23,515 bases of DNA, from positions 1 through 23,515 of the forward strand of contig JBAMMA010000014.1 in the NCBI GenBank assembly GCA_039794005.1, written 5' to 3'. The notes under the pieces were generated by a model. The model had not been told where the DNA came from. It did not search any database and worked only from the letters and a program-made list of their open reading frames with translations. Origin of the DNA: Thermoplasmata archaeon. Lineage in GTDB: Archaea > Thermoplasmatota > Thermoplasmata > Thermoplasmatales > ARK-15. Below, one piece after another: positions 6,917 through 17,500 of the stretch (its first letter is position 1; every line of letters begins with the position of its first letter). Both the position numbers and the translations under genes were made by a program.

Positions 6917-8487
6917 TTGAGAATATTGATATCGCAAAATTAATTGCGAAAGAAATAGTTGAAAAAGAAAATCTAACTAGGGAAGATATCCAGAAATTAA
7001 AATTGCATTATTCAAAAAAATTTCATACCAAAATACCAAAAAATAGTGAGATTTTAGATGCAATACAAGAAAATAAAGAATTTTATAGAGATCTATTGAT
7101 GAGAAAACCATCTAGAACCTTATCTGGGGTAGCTGTTGTGGCTGCAATGACTTCACCATATCCTTGCCCACATGGGAAGTGCATTTATTGTCCGGGTGGA
7201 GTTGAATATAATACTGCACAGAGTTATACAGGAAAAGAACCGGCGGCCCTAAGGGCTATAGCCAATGATTATGATCCATATAAGCAAGTGAAGGCCAGGA
7301 TAGAGCAACTAAATAAAATTGGACATAAAACTTCCAAAATAGATGCCATAGTTATGGGTGGAACAATTACGGCAAGGCCTCTTTCTTATCAGGAATATTT
7401 TGTTAAGGGGATGTACGATGCAATGAACGGTTTCAATTCAGATACTCTTTATGAATCAAAATCCTGGAATGAATTTGCAGATAATAAAATGATTGGATTG
7501 ACATTTGAAACAAGGCCAGACTGGTTTTATGAAAAACAGATAGATGATGCATTAAGAATGGGTGTAACAAGGGTAGAACTGGGTGTCCAAACAGTATTCG
7601 ATGATATATTAAAACTTGTAAATCGTGGACATGGACAGGAGGAAATTATAAGATCCACAAGATTGGCCAGAGATGCTGGTTTAAAGATAGGATACCATAT
7701 GATGCCTGGTTTACCTGGTTCAAATCCAGAAAAGGATCTGGAGTCTTTCAAAATAATATTTGAAAATGAAAATTACAAACCTGACATGCTAAAAATTTAT
7801 CCAACATTGGTTGTAAAAAATTCAGAGTTATATAAATGGTGGGAAGAGGGAAAATATAAAGCGTACGATGATGAAACATTCCTGAATTTGTTAATAGAAA
7901 TTAAAAAAATAGTGCCAAAATGGGTAAGGATACAAAGGGTAGCAAGGGATATACCCGTTCCTTTAATAATAGATGGCATTAAGAGGAGTGACATTAGAGA
8001 TGTTGCATACAATAAATTAAAAGAAAACAATATGCATTGTAAATGTATAAGATGTCGCGAAATTGGAAGAAAAATTGAGAAGGGAGAAATTAATAGGGAT
8101 TTAAACATTCAATTGTTAAGGGAAGATTATAAGGCAGGCGAAGGTATTGAGATATTCATTTCATATGAAGATATAAACAATGATGCAATCATAGGTTATT
8201 TAAGACTTAGGAAACCATCAGACAAATTCCATAGATATGAATTGTTCGATAGTATGATTGTCAGAGAGCTTAAAGTACTCGGGGAAGAGGTACCTGTTGG
8301 TAGTAAATTTTCAAAGGCTTTTCAGCACAAGGGATTTGGAAAAAAGATGATGGAATATGCTGAAGAAATAACAAAAAAGGAATTTGGATATAACTACTTA
8401 TTGGTAAATAGTGGGGCAGGCGCAATTGAATATTATAGAAAACTTGGATATGAGAAATATGGAGTTTATGTGAGAAAAAGATTATAG
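6913..8487 (+). CDS. elp3: Elp3 tRNA uridine(34) acetyltransferase (radical SAM + GNAT)
   Basis: KPSRTLSGVAVVA, CPHGKCIYCPGG, QSYTGKEPA, ETRPD, KIYPTLV, CKCIRCRE, QHKGFGK. Confidence 0.95.
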   Translation: MIENIDIAKLIAKEIVEKENLTREDIQKLKLHYSKKFHTKIPKNSEILDAIQENKEFYRDLLMRKPSRTLSGVAVVAAMTSPYPCPHGKCIYCPGGVEYNTAQSYTGKEPAALRAIANDYDPYKQVKARIEQLNKIGHKTSKIDAIVMGGTITARPLSYQEYFVKGMYDAMNGFNSDTLYESKSWNEFADNKMIGLTFETRPDWFYEKQIDDALRMGVTRVELGVQTVFDDILKLVNRGHGQEEIIRSTRLARDAGLKIGYHMMPGLPGSNPEKDLESFKIIFENENYKPDMLKIYPTLVVKNSELYKWWEEGKYKAYDDETFLNLLIEIKKIVPKWVRIQRVARDIPVPLIIDGIKRSDIRDVAYNKLKENNMHCKCIRCREIGRKIEKGEINRDLNIQLLREDYKAGEGIEIFISYEDINNDAIIGYLRLRKPSDKFHRYELFDSMIVRELKVLGEEVPVGSKFSKAFQHKGFGKKMMEYAEEITKKEFGYNYLLVNSGAGAIEYYRKLGYEKYGVYVRKRL

Positions 8488-9120
8488 ATGTTTATTTATC
8501 CTTTCATTTAATTCTATCACGGTTTTCAATGGATCTTTTGATTCATAAATATATCTGCCTATTATAAGATAGTCTGCACCAGATTTGATTGCTTCAACAG
8601 GGTCCCCTCCTTGAGCACCAATACCTGGAGCCAATAATAACAAATTTTTTGATAACTCCCTATACATTTTTATCCTTTCCGGTCTTGTTCCAGGAACAAT
8701 GAAACCATCAATACCAAGCTCAATGGCCATTTTTGCCATCTCTAATGAATGTCCTTGTATAAATTGTAGTGAACCTTCATGGCTCATTTCAACAACTCCA
8801 AAAACAAGTCCTGGTTTAAATTCCTCTATAACGGCCTTCAGTGAATCTGAACCAGTAAATACATGAGAAATAATACCATAAGCATTGTTGTCCTTTGCAA
8901 TCCTTGTTATTATTTTATTTGTATTTGGAATATCGGCCAGTTTAAGGTCGCAAATAATCTTTGAATATTTTGATAATTCCTTTACTATTTTAATACCCTG
9001 TGATAATAATAGTGGATATCCTACCTTGATGGCAAAAATTTCATTACCCAGAAGCTTGGCCAGATTTATAGATTCTTCATATTCCTTTAAATCAAGTGAA
9101 AATATTATTCTGGATTCCAT
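8482..9120 (-). CDS. pyrF: Orotidine 5'-phosphate decarboxylase
   Basis: IIFSLD, IKVGYPL, DLKLADIPNT catalytic motif, PGIGAQGG, IIGR. Confidence 0.95.
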   Translation of the reverse strand: MESRIIFSLDLKEYEESINLAKLLGNEIFAIKVGYPLLLSQGIKIVKELSKYSKIICDLKLADIPNTNKIITRIAKDNNAYGIISHVFTGSDSLKAVIEEFKPGLVFGVVEMSHEGSLQFIQGHSLEMAKMAIELGIDGFIVPGTRPERIKMYRELSKNLLLLAPGIGAQGGDPVEAIKSGADYLIIGRYIYESKDPLKTVIELNERINKHL

Positions 9121-9183
9121 GAAATTTAAAAATTCATTATGGATAAATATTTTTTTAATTTCTAAATTTGTGTGCTTAATATA

Positions 9184-10626
9184 TTATTCTCCTTTTAAAA
9201 TCAATCTTTCAACTGCCTTTAAAAATTCTAATTGAGTTCCCTTTGGTATGGAACCTCCTGCCGCAATATTGTGGCCTCCACCATATCCACCTACAATTCT
9301 AGCAGCTTCAGATAAAATTTTGGATAAATCCAAACCCTTTTCTATCAAGCTTCTTGAAGCTCTAGCGGATACCTTTATCATACCATTACCATCATCAACG
9401 AAACCAAATATAGGTAGATTTTGATCTGCCAAATTTATTGATAGCGTCATATTAACTATTGTGCCTAACACAGTATCAGGTATTTTTGATCCTGCATCAA
9501 AATACTGATAATTTTTCTCTTTTATTATACCAATTTCCCTAACATAATTTATACTGTCTATTATAATTTTCTTGTGGTTCTTTAACATTTCAACGCTTTC
9601 TCTGACCGCATCTTCTCTATCTCCCTTTATGATCTTGAGACCTAATTCTGGTCTATTATATCTTCCACATGAATTGAGCAACGTTGCAAATTCCTTTGCA
9701 TCTGAAAGATGGCTATACTTTTTTTCATCCGGAAAAAGATATACTTCACCAATAAGCCTTGTAACATAAACGGAATCAAAACCCATTGTTAAAAGCCTTA
9801 TCACAATATGACTCAATATCTTCCTTTTTTCTTCAATGGACAAATCTACCCATGTTCTTTCCTTGCCATTATTATCATATATTGGTATTCCCAGTTCATC
9901 CAATAATTTTAAAACACCCCTTTCATCGTTTGTAATCCCTGGAATTACAGGATCGTTAGAATATGATAAAAACTTAGGCAGTGGTCTTGTTTCCCGTCCA
10001 AAAAGCCTTATATCGATTGTAGATCTAATAAATCCATATTCTTCCCCTTCCTTTAAAATATACCTGTTTGTACCTATCAATTTTAGGTAAGCATTGTCTT
10101 GTAAATCTCCTACTGCACCAACTATCGCATATTTAGATAGGTCATAATTGAAATATTTTAATTCCCTAGAAACTATATAAGTTACCCCGGCACCACTTAT
10201 GTCTAAAGCACCATCCTTGCCAAAAAGATGGGGATTTAATTGATAAATTTCCCTTTTTGACATTGAATCCAAAAATTCCAGAATATTTTTCCTTTTTTCT
10301 AATGGAATATTTGGATTTAAATTGCTTGGGAAATGATGATCTGTTATTACAGCCCTCATATCCAAAATTTCATGAACTTGGCCACTTCCTAGATCGGTAA
10401 ACCATACAAGATCTGGATTCATGTCTTTAATTTTGCTTAACATATTTGAATCTAGCTGTTTTGTAAATAATACCTTATGTTCAATTCCGGCCCTTTCTAG
10501 AGATGAAGATGCAATTCCTGCTGCTGATATACCATCCGCATCAATATGTGAAACGACAATGATTTCCTTAGATGACAGTATAATCTCGGAAATCTTTTTT
10601 GCCAAATTTAAATATTCTCTCACCAA
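9184..10626 (-). CDS. RecJ/GAN-like DHH-DHHA1 phosphoesterase (archaeal RecJ/Cdc45 family)
   Basis: SHIDADG, FTDLGSG, TDHH, GAVGDLQD, FGRETRPL, EFATLLNSCGR, GGGHNIAAG; start may be GTG 10623. Confidence 0.9.
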   Translation of the reverse strand: MVREYLNLAKKISEIILSSKEIIVVSHIDADGISAAGIASSSLERAGIEHKVLFTKQLDSNMLSKIKDMNPDLVWFTDLGSGQVHEILDMRAVITDHHFPSNLNPNIPLEKRKNILEFLDSMSKREIYQLNPHLFGKDGALDISGAGVTYIVSRELKYFNYDLSKYAIVGAVGDLQDNAYLKLIGTNRYILKEGEEYGFIRSTIDIRLFGRETRPLPKFLSYSNDPVIPGITNDERGVLKLLDELGIPIYDNNGKERTWVDLSIEEKRKILSHIVIRLLTMGFDSVYVTRLIGEVYLFPDEKKYSHLSDAKEFATLLNSCGRYNRPELGLKIIKGDREDAVRESVEMLKNHKKIIIDSINYVREIGIIKEKNYQYFDAGSKIPDTVLGTIVNMTLSINLADQNLPIFGFVDDGNGMIKVSARASRSLIEKGLDLSKILSEAARIVGGYGGGHNIAAGGSIPKGTQLEFLKAVERLILKGE

Positions 10627-10712
10627 TAGAAAATTAATATTCCTTTTATTTATTCTTTATTATTTCTCATTTGAGTAAAAAATATTTATATTCTTATTGA
10701 ATATTTAATATT

Positions 10713-11900
10713 ATGAATACAAAGAATTTAATGATCATTTGGGCATTTATTTTTGTATTTCTTTCATTCTTGATAAGGTTTTTAGGTGCATATTATACTA
10801 AAAATTTGGCCTTAATAATGGAATCCATGCATATTTTCATAGATGTATTTATAACATTATCAATTCTGACTGTAATTAAAATAATCTATTCTAAGAATTC
10901 TGAAAAATTTCCATACGGCCTTTTTAAATTGGAAGATTTAATATCATTTCTTATTACATTATTTATTATTTATTTTGCAATAAATTTTATATTGACCAGC
11001 AGATATAAATACAATTCATCTATTACTATTTCAGCCTATATTGAATTGATTTCACTTATACCATTGGCAATATCTTCAATATTTAAAATTAAGGCGTCCA
11101 AAATTTTAAATTCACCTTCTTTAAAAAGCGATGGAATACACACCTTTGCTGATATTATTGAAGGTGTATTTATTTCCCTTGGATTATATTTGACTAATTT
11201 TTATGGCCCATATTCATTTTACATTACCATAATAATTGCATTTATCGCACTTTTAATTACCGCATATTTGACTGGAAAAAATGCCATACTTTCCCTTCTA
11301 GATTTACCGCATGAACATAAATTGAAATCCAAAATGTTAGAATTAATAAACAATATAAAAGATATAAAAAATGTAAAGGATATTAGATTTAGATGGGCTG
11401 GACCTGTGGTCTTCGTTGAAATAATAGTTGAAATGGATCCAAAACTTACAATTGATGAGGCCCATCCTATAACCGAAGAAATTGAAAAAATTCTCAAAGA
11501 AAATATTGAGGGGATATATTCAGTTACAGTTCACGTTGAACCGGTAAAAAGAAAAGAATTTAAAGTATTGATACCTCTCCTGAATAATGATATAAATTCA
11601 TTGGTCGATAATCAATTAGGTAGAGCAAATTATTTTGCCATATATCATATAAAGGATAAAGAAATTGAATATGAGATTAAAAATAATATTTTAATAAATA
11701 AGGAAAATTTGATAGGTCCAGAATTTTTAAAATTTTTAGAAAATGAAAAAATTACAGACGTTATATGCAAAAATGTCGGTGAAATTATATATGGTCTGCT
11801 AACATCTCACAATATTTATTGCTGGAAATTTGAAGGCCAATATGCAAATGATGCTATAAAATTATTTTTAGATAATAAAATTAAAAAATATAAACTTTAA
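10713..11900 (+). CDS. Cation diffusion facilitator transporter fused to a C-terminal NifB/NifX-like domain
   Basis: HxxxD motifs ESMHIFID and DGIHTFAD, FPYGLFKLE, cytoplasmic domain LTIDEAH...VTVHVEP, then LGRANYFAIY...DVICKNVG resembling the NifX/dinitrogenase FeMo-cofactor fold; TTTATA about 25 nt upstream. Confidence 0.85.
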   Translation: MNTKNLMIIWAFIFVFLSFLIRFLGAYYTKNLALIMESMHIFIDVFITLSILTVIKIIYSKNSEKFPYGLFKLEDLISFLITLFIIYFAINFILTSRYKYNSSITISAYIELISLIPLAISSIFKIKASKILNSPSLKSDGIHTFADIIEGVFISLGLYLTNFYGPYSFYITIIIAFIALLITAYLTGKNAILSLLDLPHEHKLKSKMLELINNIKDIKNVKDIRFRWAGPVVFVEIIVEMDPKLTIDEAHPITEEIEKILKENIEGIYSVTVHVEPVKRKEFKVLIPLLNNDINSLVDNQLGRANYFAIYHIKDKEIEYEIKNNILINKENLIGPEFLKFLENEKITDVICKNVGEIIYGLLTSHNIYCWKFEGQYANDAIKLFLDNKIKKYKL

Positions 11901-11903
11901 AAA

Positions 11904-14537
11904 TCAATAATTCAGTCCATATTTGTACGGTTTCTTTAACCCTTCGTATTTAATATTTTCAAACTCCTTTTTCGCGGTCTCAAGCATTAATTTATCTTTT
12001 AAAGAATAGGCCATATATAAACCAAAAATGAGTCTTGAAACAGCAGACAAAAATTTTAAATTCTCTCTCTCAAAATATGAAATTGAATCTGTAAATTCCA
12101 TTATTGCATTTGGCATCTTTTTATCATAAACATCAATTACAGACTTCAAAATTTGATATCTGTAGTTAAAATAACCCATCATGGATAAATCATATTTTTC
12201 CAATTCTGAAAACAGAGATCTTACTTCATCATCAATATATTTACCTGTAATAAATTTATAATATAAAATAGTTTCTATAAATTCCAGCATGTCTGAAATC
12301 AAACTTAATACATTGTTCTTGATGAATTTCTGATAATAGTCCTTAAATATATTTATTGATTTTTCCAAATCCTCTAAATAAAAGTAATAGGTAGATTCAC
12401 TCATAAATCCAAATTGAACATAATATAAATGCTGCGACTTTTTCAATTCTTCAATGTAATTTTTAATATCTTCACCAATAGTTTCTCCCTTCATTAACCT
12501 AAAAAGATCATATAAAATATAAAATTCATATTTAATTTCTGTTATTTCAACTCTATCAATAAATTTTTTAAAGTCTTCAAAATATTTTAATGCCTCATCT
12601 ATTTCTGCCCTCTTTGATAATATGTCTGACATATTTATAATGGATGTAAATGCAGGTTCATATAGGTCTAAGAGAAAAGATAACGAAAAACTTTTTCTCA
12701 GATATTCAAGGGACAAATCCATATCGCCTATATCACTGTATATGGTGCCTAGATTGATATATAACGTTAATAATAAAGAAGTATACCAATTTTTCTCGGC
12801 TATCGCAAGAGCTTTTTTATAATATTGTAATGCTATATCCATCCTTGCTTGGTGTGAAGAATAAATATTTCCAATATTATTGTATGTAGATGATATATCA
12901 TAATACAAATTGTTCTTTTCAGCAAGTTCTAGAGCTTTCTGATAATATTCTAATGATTTATCAAAATCATTTTGATCAAAGTATATATTGCCTAAAAGTC
13001 TGTACAGTTTTGATAATATTACTTCATTATTATATTTAATTGCATATTCTTCTGATTTCTTTATGTACTCCTTGCTTTCATTGAATAAATTTCTAATATA
13101 AAGATTCAAAGCTGCTAAATAATATAAAAGTGGTTTATATTTTTCGTCAATTTCCGCTTTTTCCATCATCTTAACAAGATCAAATGATTTGTTATATTCA
13201 TTTATTTCGTAATAAAGCTCTGATAATCTTAATAAAATTTCAATATTATCAGGATAATATTTTCTTAAATTTTCCAATACATTTATGGCATCCCTAAACT
13301 TGTCATAGGTCTTTAATGTATCTGCATATGTTATTCCAATTTCAATATCATCATCCTTTATATTTAATAATATTTTACCATAGGTTAAAAGCGCATCTTT
13401 ATTACCTGTTTCCTTTGCTTTATTAAAAGCTTCCTTTAATAATTTATATGCAATTTCATATTTCCCTGCCATATAATAATGTATTCCAGCTTTATCTATA
13501 ACACCTTTTTTATAAAAATACTCCCCTATCTTTTGATTAACGATTTTTAATCTTAATGAGGAGAACATCTTTTTTACTAATTCAGAAAATTCTACCTTTT
13601 TGATTGTTATTTTATCATTAATCTCCTGTAGTATTCCTTTTCTAATTAGCTTGTCTAAAATTTCGATAAGCTTTTCTTCATCCAACCCTGTAAGTTCAAC
13701 CAGATCGAATGGATCTACAGGTTCATTAATAATACTTAAAGTTAATATAACTAGTAATTCTTCCTCGCTCAAATTTGGTAATGCAATTTCTGAAGATTTA
13801 TATGAAATTAAAGTCTCCTTAATCTTTTCCAAATCTGAATCTACAATCGTTAATGCATATGTTTTATTTACTACAAAACCATTTTTTTCTAAAACATTTA
13901 ATGCATCAATCATAGAATTGTAGTCTTTAAACCCAAGATCAACCAATAAGTTAAATAATTTGTCAGGGATAATATATCCCAGGGAAAATAGCTTTTCTTT
14001 TAAATATTCGAGAGATACCCTTTCCAATATTAATAATTCGGCACCTAGACTTTTCAATAATGTTATCATTTTTGTTATATTATTATTTATATTCTGTGCA
14101 GAATATATTAATATCAATTTACCGTTCCAATCACTTTTTGACAATTTTTCAGATAAATTCGTTAATAAATAAATTATTTCTACATCTAAAAATTCAATGT
14201 TTTCTAAAATTATAATCGCACCTTTAGATAAAAATTCTTCTAATTTTATATTTATCAAATGAATTTCAGCAGAGGAACCCTTTTCCCCTAAAAATGCAAA
14301 ACTCATTTTTGAATATTTAGACATCTCCTGCTTTAAGCCAAATATGCTTATAAAATAATTTTTAAAATTCATATCTTTTGTAATTTTTATTGAATAAACT
14401 TCATTGTTTGTTTTTTCATAAAAACTTTTCACATCTGCTGAAAAATTATCTATTTCAGCCTTTTTCTCAATTATTATTATTTTTTTGTTAACAAAAGGTC
14501 TTACATCGAGACCCCCTGGCCCCAATACTGATTCCAT
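11904..14537 (-). CDS. TPR-repeat protein with degenerate STAND-like NTPase and winged-helix domains
   Basis: Walker-B-like AIIILENIEFLD, wHTH (LVELTGLDEEKLIEILDKLIRKGILQE), multiple TPRs (LGNIYFDQNDFDKSLEYYQKAL, YNNIGNIY, YINLGTIY). Confidence 0.8.
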   Translation of the reverse strand: MESVLGPGGLDVRPFVNKKIIIIEKKAEIDNFSADVKSFYEKTNNEVYSIKITKDMNFKNYFISIFGLKQEMSKYSKMSFAFLGEKGSSAEIHLINIKLEEFLSKGAIIILENIEFLDVEIIYLLTNLSEKLSKSDWNGKLILIYSAQNINNNITKMITLLKSLGAELLILERVSLEYLKEKLFSLGYIIPDKLFNLLVDLGFKDYNSMIDALNVLEKNGFVVNKTYALTIVDSDLEKIKETLISYKSSEIALPNLSEEELLVILTLSIINEPVDPFDLVELTGLDEEKLIEILDKLIRKGILQEINDKITIKKVEFSELVKKMFSSLRLKIVNQKIGEYFYKKGVIDKAGIHYYMAGKYEIAYKLLKEAFNKAKETGNKDALLTYGKILLNIKDDDIEIGITYADTLKTYDKFRDAINVLENLRKYYPDNIEILLRLSELYYEINEYNKSFDLVKMMEKAEIDEKYKPLLYYLAALNLYIRNLFNESKEYIKKSEEYAIKYNNEVILSKLYRLLGNIYFDQNDFDKSLEYYQKALELAEKNNLYYDISSTYNNIGNIYSSHQARMDIALQYYKKALAIAEKNWYTSLLLTLYINLGTIYSDIGDMDLSLEYLRKSFSLSFLLDLYEPAFTSIINMSDILSKRAEIDEALKYFEDFKKFIDRVEITEIKYEFYILYDLFRLMKGETIGEDIKNYIEELKKSQHLYYVQFGFMSESTYYFYLEDLEKSINIFKDYYQKFIKNNVLSLISDMLEFIETILYYKFITGKYIDDEVRSLFSELEKYDLSMMGYFNYRYQILKSVIDVYDKKMPNAIMEFTDSISYFERENLKFLSAVSRLIFGLYMAYSLKDKLMLETAKKEFENIKYEGLKKPYKYGLNY

Positions 14538-14581
14538 AGTAAATTAAATAAAAAACAGATAAAAAAGGTTTTTCTGAATTT

Positions 14582-17500
14582 TTACAAAATTGTTCCTATA
14601 TATATGTATATGAATGAACCAATGTTTATGTATTCATTTGATGGTATATATTGTATGTATGGTTCATTGAATATGTTTGACATTGATATATTTAACGGTG
14701 CTAAGAATACATATAATATAATATTTGAGAATGTGCTGTTCTGTGATAATGCTACTATGGCCTGCTCATTGAAACTTGAGACTATGTTATATATGTCGTT
14801 CAACATATTGTAATCTGAGATGCCAAAGAAACCAAATGCCAATGTTAATATATTGTCTATTAACTCTGGAGTAAGTGTTCCCAATGTAAATGCATATGCT
14901 TCACTCATATATACTGGTGTTATGTTATTAACCAACAAAACGTCATTACCTAAGTTAATATTTACTTGGAACATCTCCATTATATCCTGAAGTATTGATG
15001 ACATGTTTACATCAAAGCCTGCTATAATTTTATTCAAATTGATGGTGGGCAAATATACTCCGGATAATTCTACATAAGAATCATAAAATGGATAAGCTCC
15101 ATTGGCAATCCATATATATGGAGGTTCATCATCAACGTTTATTCCCACAGTATAATTTGAAATTGAAACTGATGTCGTATTCATGTAAACAATGACATTC
15201 TGACCAACATATTCATCTGGAGACATATTTAGATTTATTGTAATTAATGGAGATGGAGTTATAGATGACACATTCCACCATCCGAATTGATCCCTTACCA
15301 ATGTTATCGTTCCATTAATGAAATAATATGGCAAGACATTGTGAACGATCATTAATTTAGGATATTCTCCTGTTATGTTAATTAAAATAAAAGCCATGTT
15401 TGTTAATGGATCTGTTAATCCTGAGGTCAAACCGTTAGGTGAAATTAGAATACCTTGTACCAACATCTGATCATTCAAATTGCTAAATTGAATTTGAGTT
15501 ACATTATTTGAAATAATAATTGGTAGACTAGGACCACTATTTCCGACCAAGTTAGACAATGTAAATACAGCTCCTTTAACATCAACAGAATTCAACAATA
15601 GATATGATCCATTAAAATTAGGAACTATTAAGATAGCCAAGTCTTTTAAAGGATCAGATAAATTAATACTCAAATTCTGATCTAAGAGGGCAAATATTCC
15701 AATATTCAAATCATGAATTAAATCATAAAGAGGAGATATTGATGTATAGTTTATACCGAAAATATTTGATGTCAAATTCAAAAATCCACTTAAAGATATT
15801 CCGATGGCAAATCCAGATACATTAACATTTTCTTCAGGCATCGTCGATAATTCTTGTATTGTTGAATTCACATATGGTTCTGTTTCGAATGTATTTGGTA
15901 TGTAGTTAGCTAAAATTATCTTTATTTCTGACCCGAGGAAATTAAATGAGAAATTAAAGTTTGTATATTGTATCTGCATATTTCCAAATCCATTGAAACT
16001 ATAATTTAAAATTGGTGAAATTAAGATATAATAATTTTGATTGTAGATTGAAAAGTTATTAGGTATTCCCAACATTATACTTTCATTCAATTGTGATATT
16101 GTGTTCAATACATAATTTAATGTTGTGTTCCCATAAATGTTATAAAGATCATTAACAAATGAATTATTAAAAATACTGAATAAATCTTTTGAACTTAAGC
16201 TTGCTAAGATATCTAATGTTACATTGTCAACATTGTTATATTGTACTGAATTTGCAAGGAAAATATCTCCATTGAATAGATTTATAGATGGTAAATTAAT
16301 TCCAAAATTGTTAAGCAAATAACCCGGTATATTTAAAATTCCCAATATTTCATTTAGATTTAATGAAATTCCAGGCATGAATACTCCCTTTAAAATAACA
16401 TTTCCTTCAAATATTGGATATTGTCCATTTGCAACCCATATATACGGTTGATTAAAATCTGTATTAATACCATATGTCGTATTATTCAATACGAAGCTTG
16501 TTGTATTCATCTCAATTATAATATTTTTGAAGAACAATGATCTAATTCCATTTCCAAATGGAATGTAACTCGTTGGTAAAACATTGTTGATTGTCCACCA
16601 TCCATATTCATCTTTTGACATCGATATTAAACCATTAATGAAATATTGTCCAACATTATCATGGGCTAATATAATTTGATATACACCAGATTGGTTAGTT
16701 ATAATTATCGATAAATTTGTAAATGGTTCAGGTAAAGATGATGTTATTGATGGTAATGAAATTATTACACCAGAAACTTCGGTGGAATAATTATTTTGAG
16801 AATTATTTGGAACGATATTCTGGGCAACTATGACTGGAATATTAACATTATAACCAAATATAGTTCCAGTGTGATACAACACTCCATTTACATAAACATT
16901 TTCAAATTCTGTGATATTATATAAATTAGCATAGGGTATTATTACCAATGCCATACCGGTCAAAAATTCATTTGATACATTGAATGTTAGGTTTTCATTT
17001 AAAAGTAAATAAATTCCTAAATTTAGACCTGTTATATTTTCTATGAAATTATATGTTTGATTGCTCAATGAAAATATGTTTTTAATATAATTCGGTATAT
17101 TTAGATTTATTCCCAACAAAAATCCAGATACTGAAACTGCACCATTTTGCATATTCCAAAGTTCATTTACACTTGCATTAACATATTGTGTATTATTGAT
17201 CCAATTTTGATATATTATTGACCCAAGATTTATATTAAATATAGAATCAAATAACAGGCCTGTAGAAAATTCGAACTGCTGAATATTTGATGGAACATAC
17301 ATAAAGTTCAAGTATCCATAAGTTAAGTTAATATCGAAATTTAAAGGTGTTAGCATTACATAAAATTGCATGAATGATAATGAGTTGTTTAAATCTGAAA
17401 TTATTAAAGCCTGCATTTCTGAAGAATTAATTATCTGTTCAATATCATAAAGCGCAGATGAATTTATCGTACCGTTTAAGAATATGCTTAAGAATGAATT

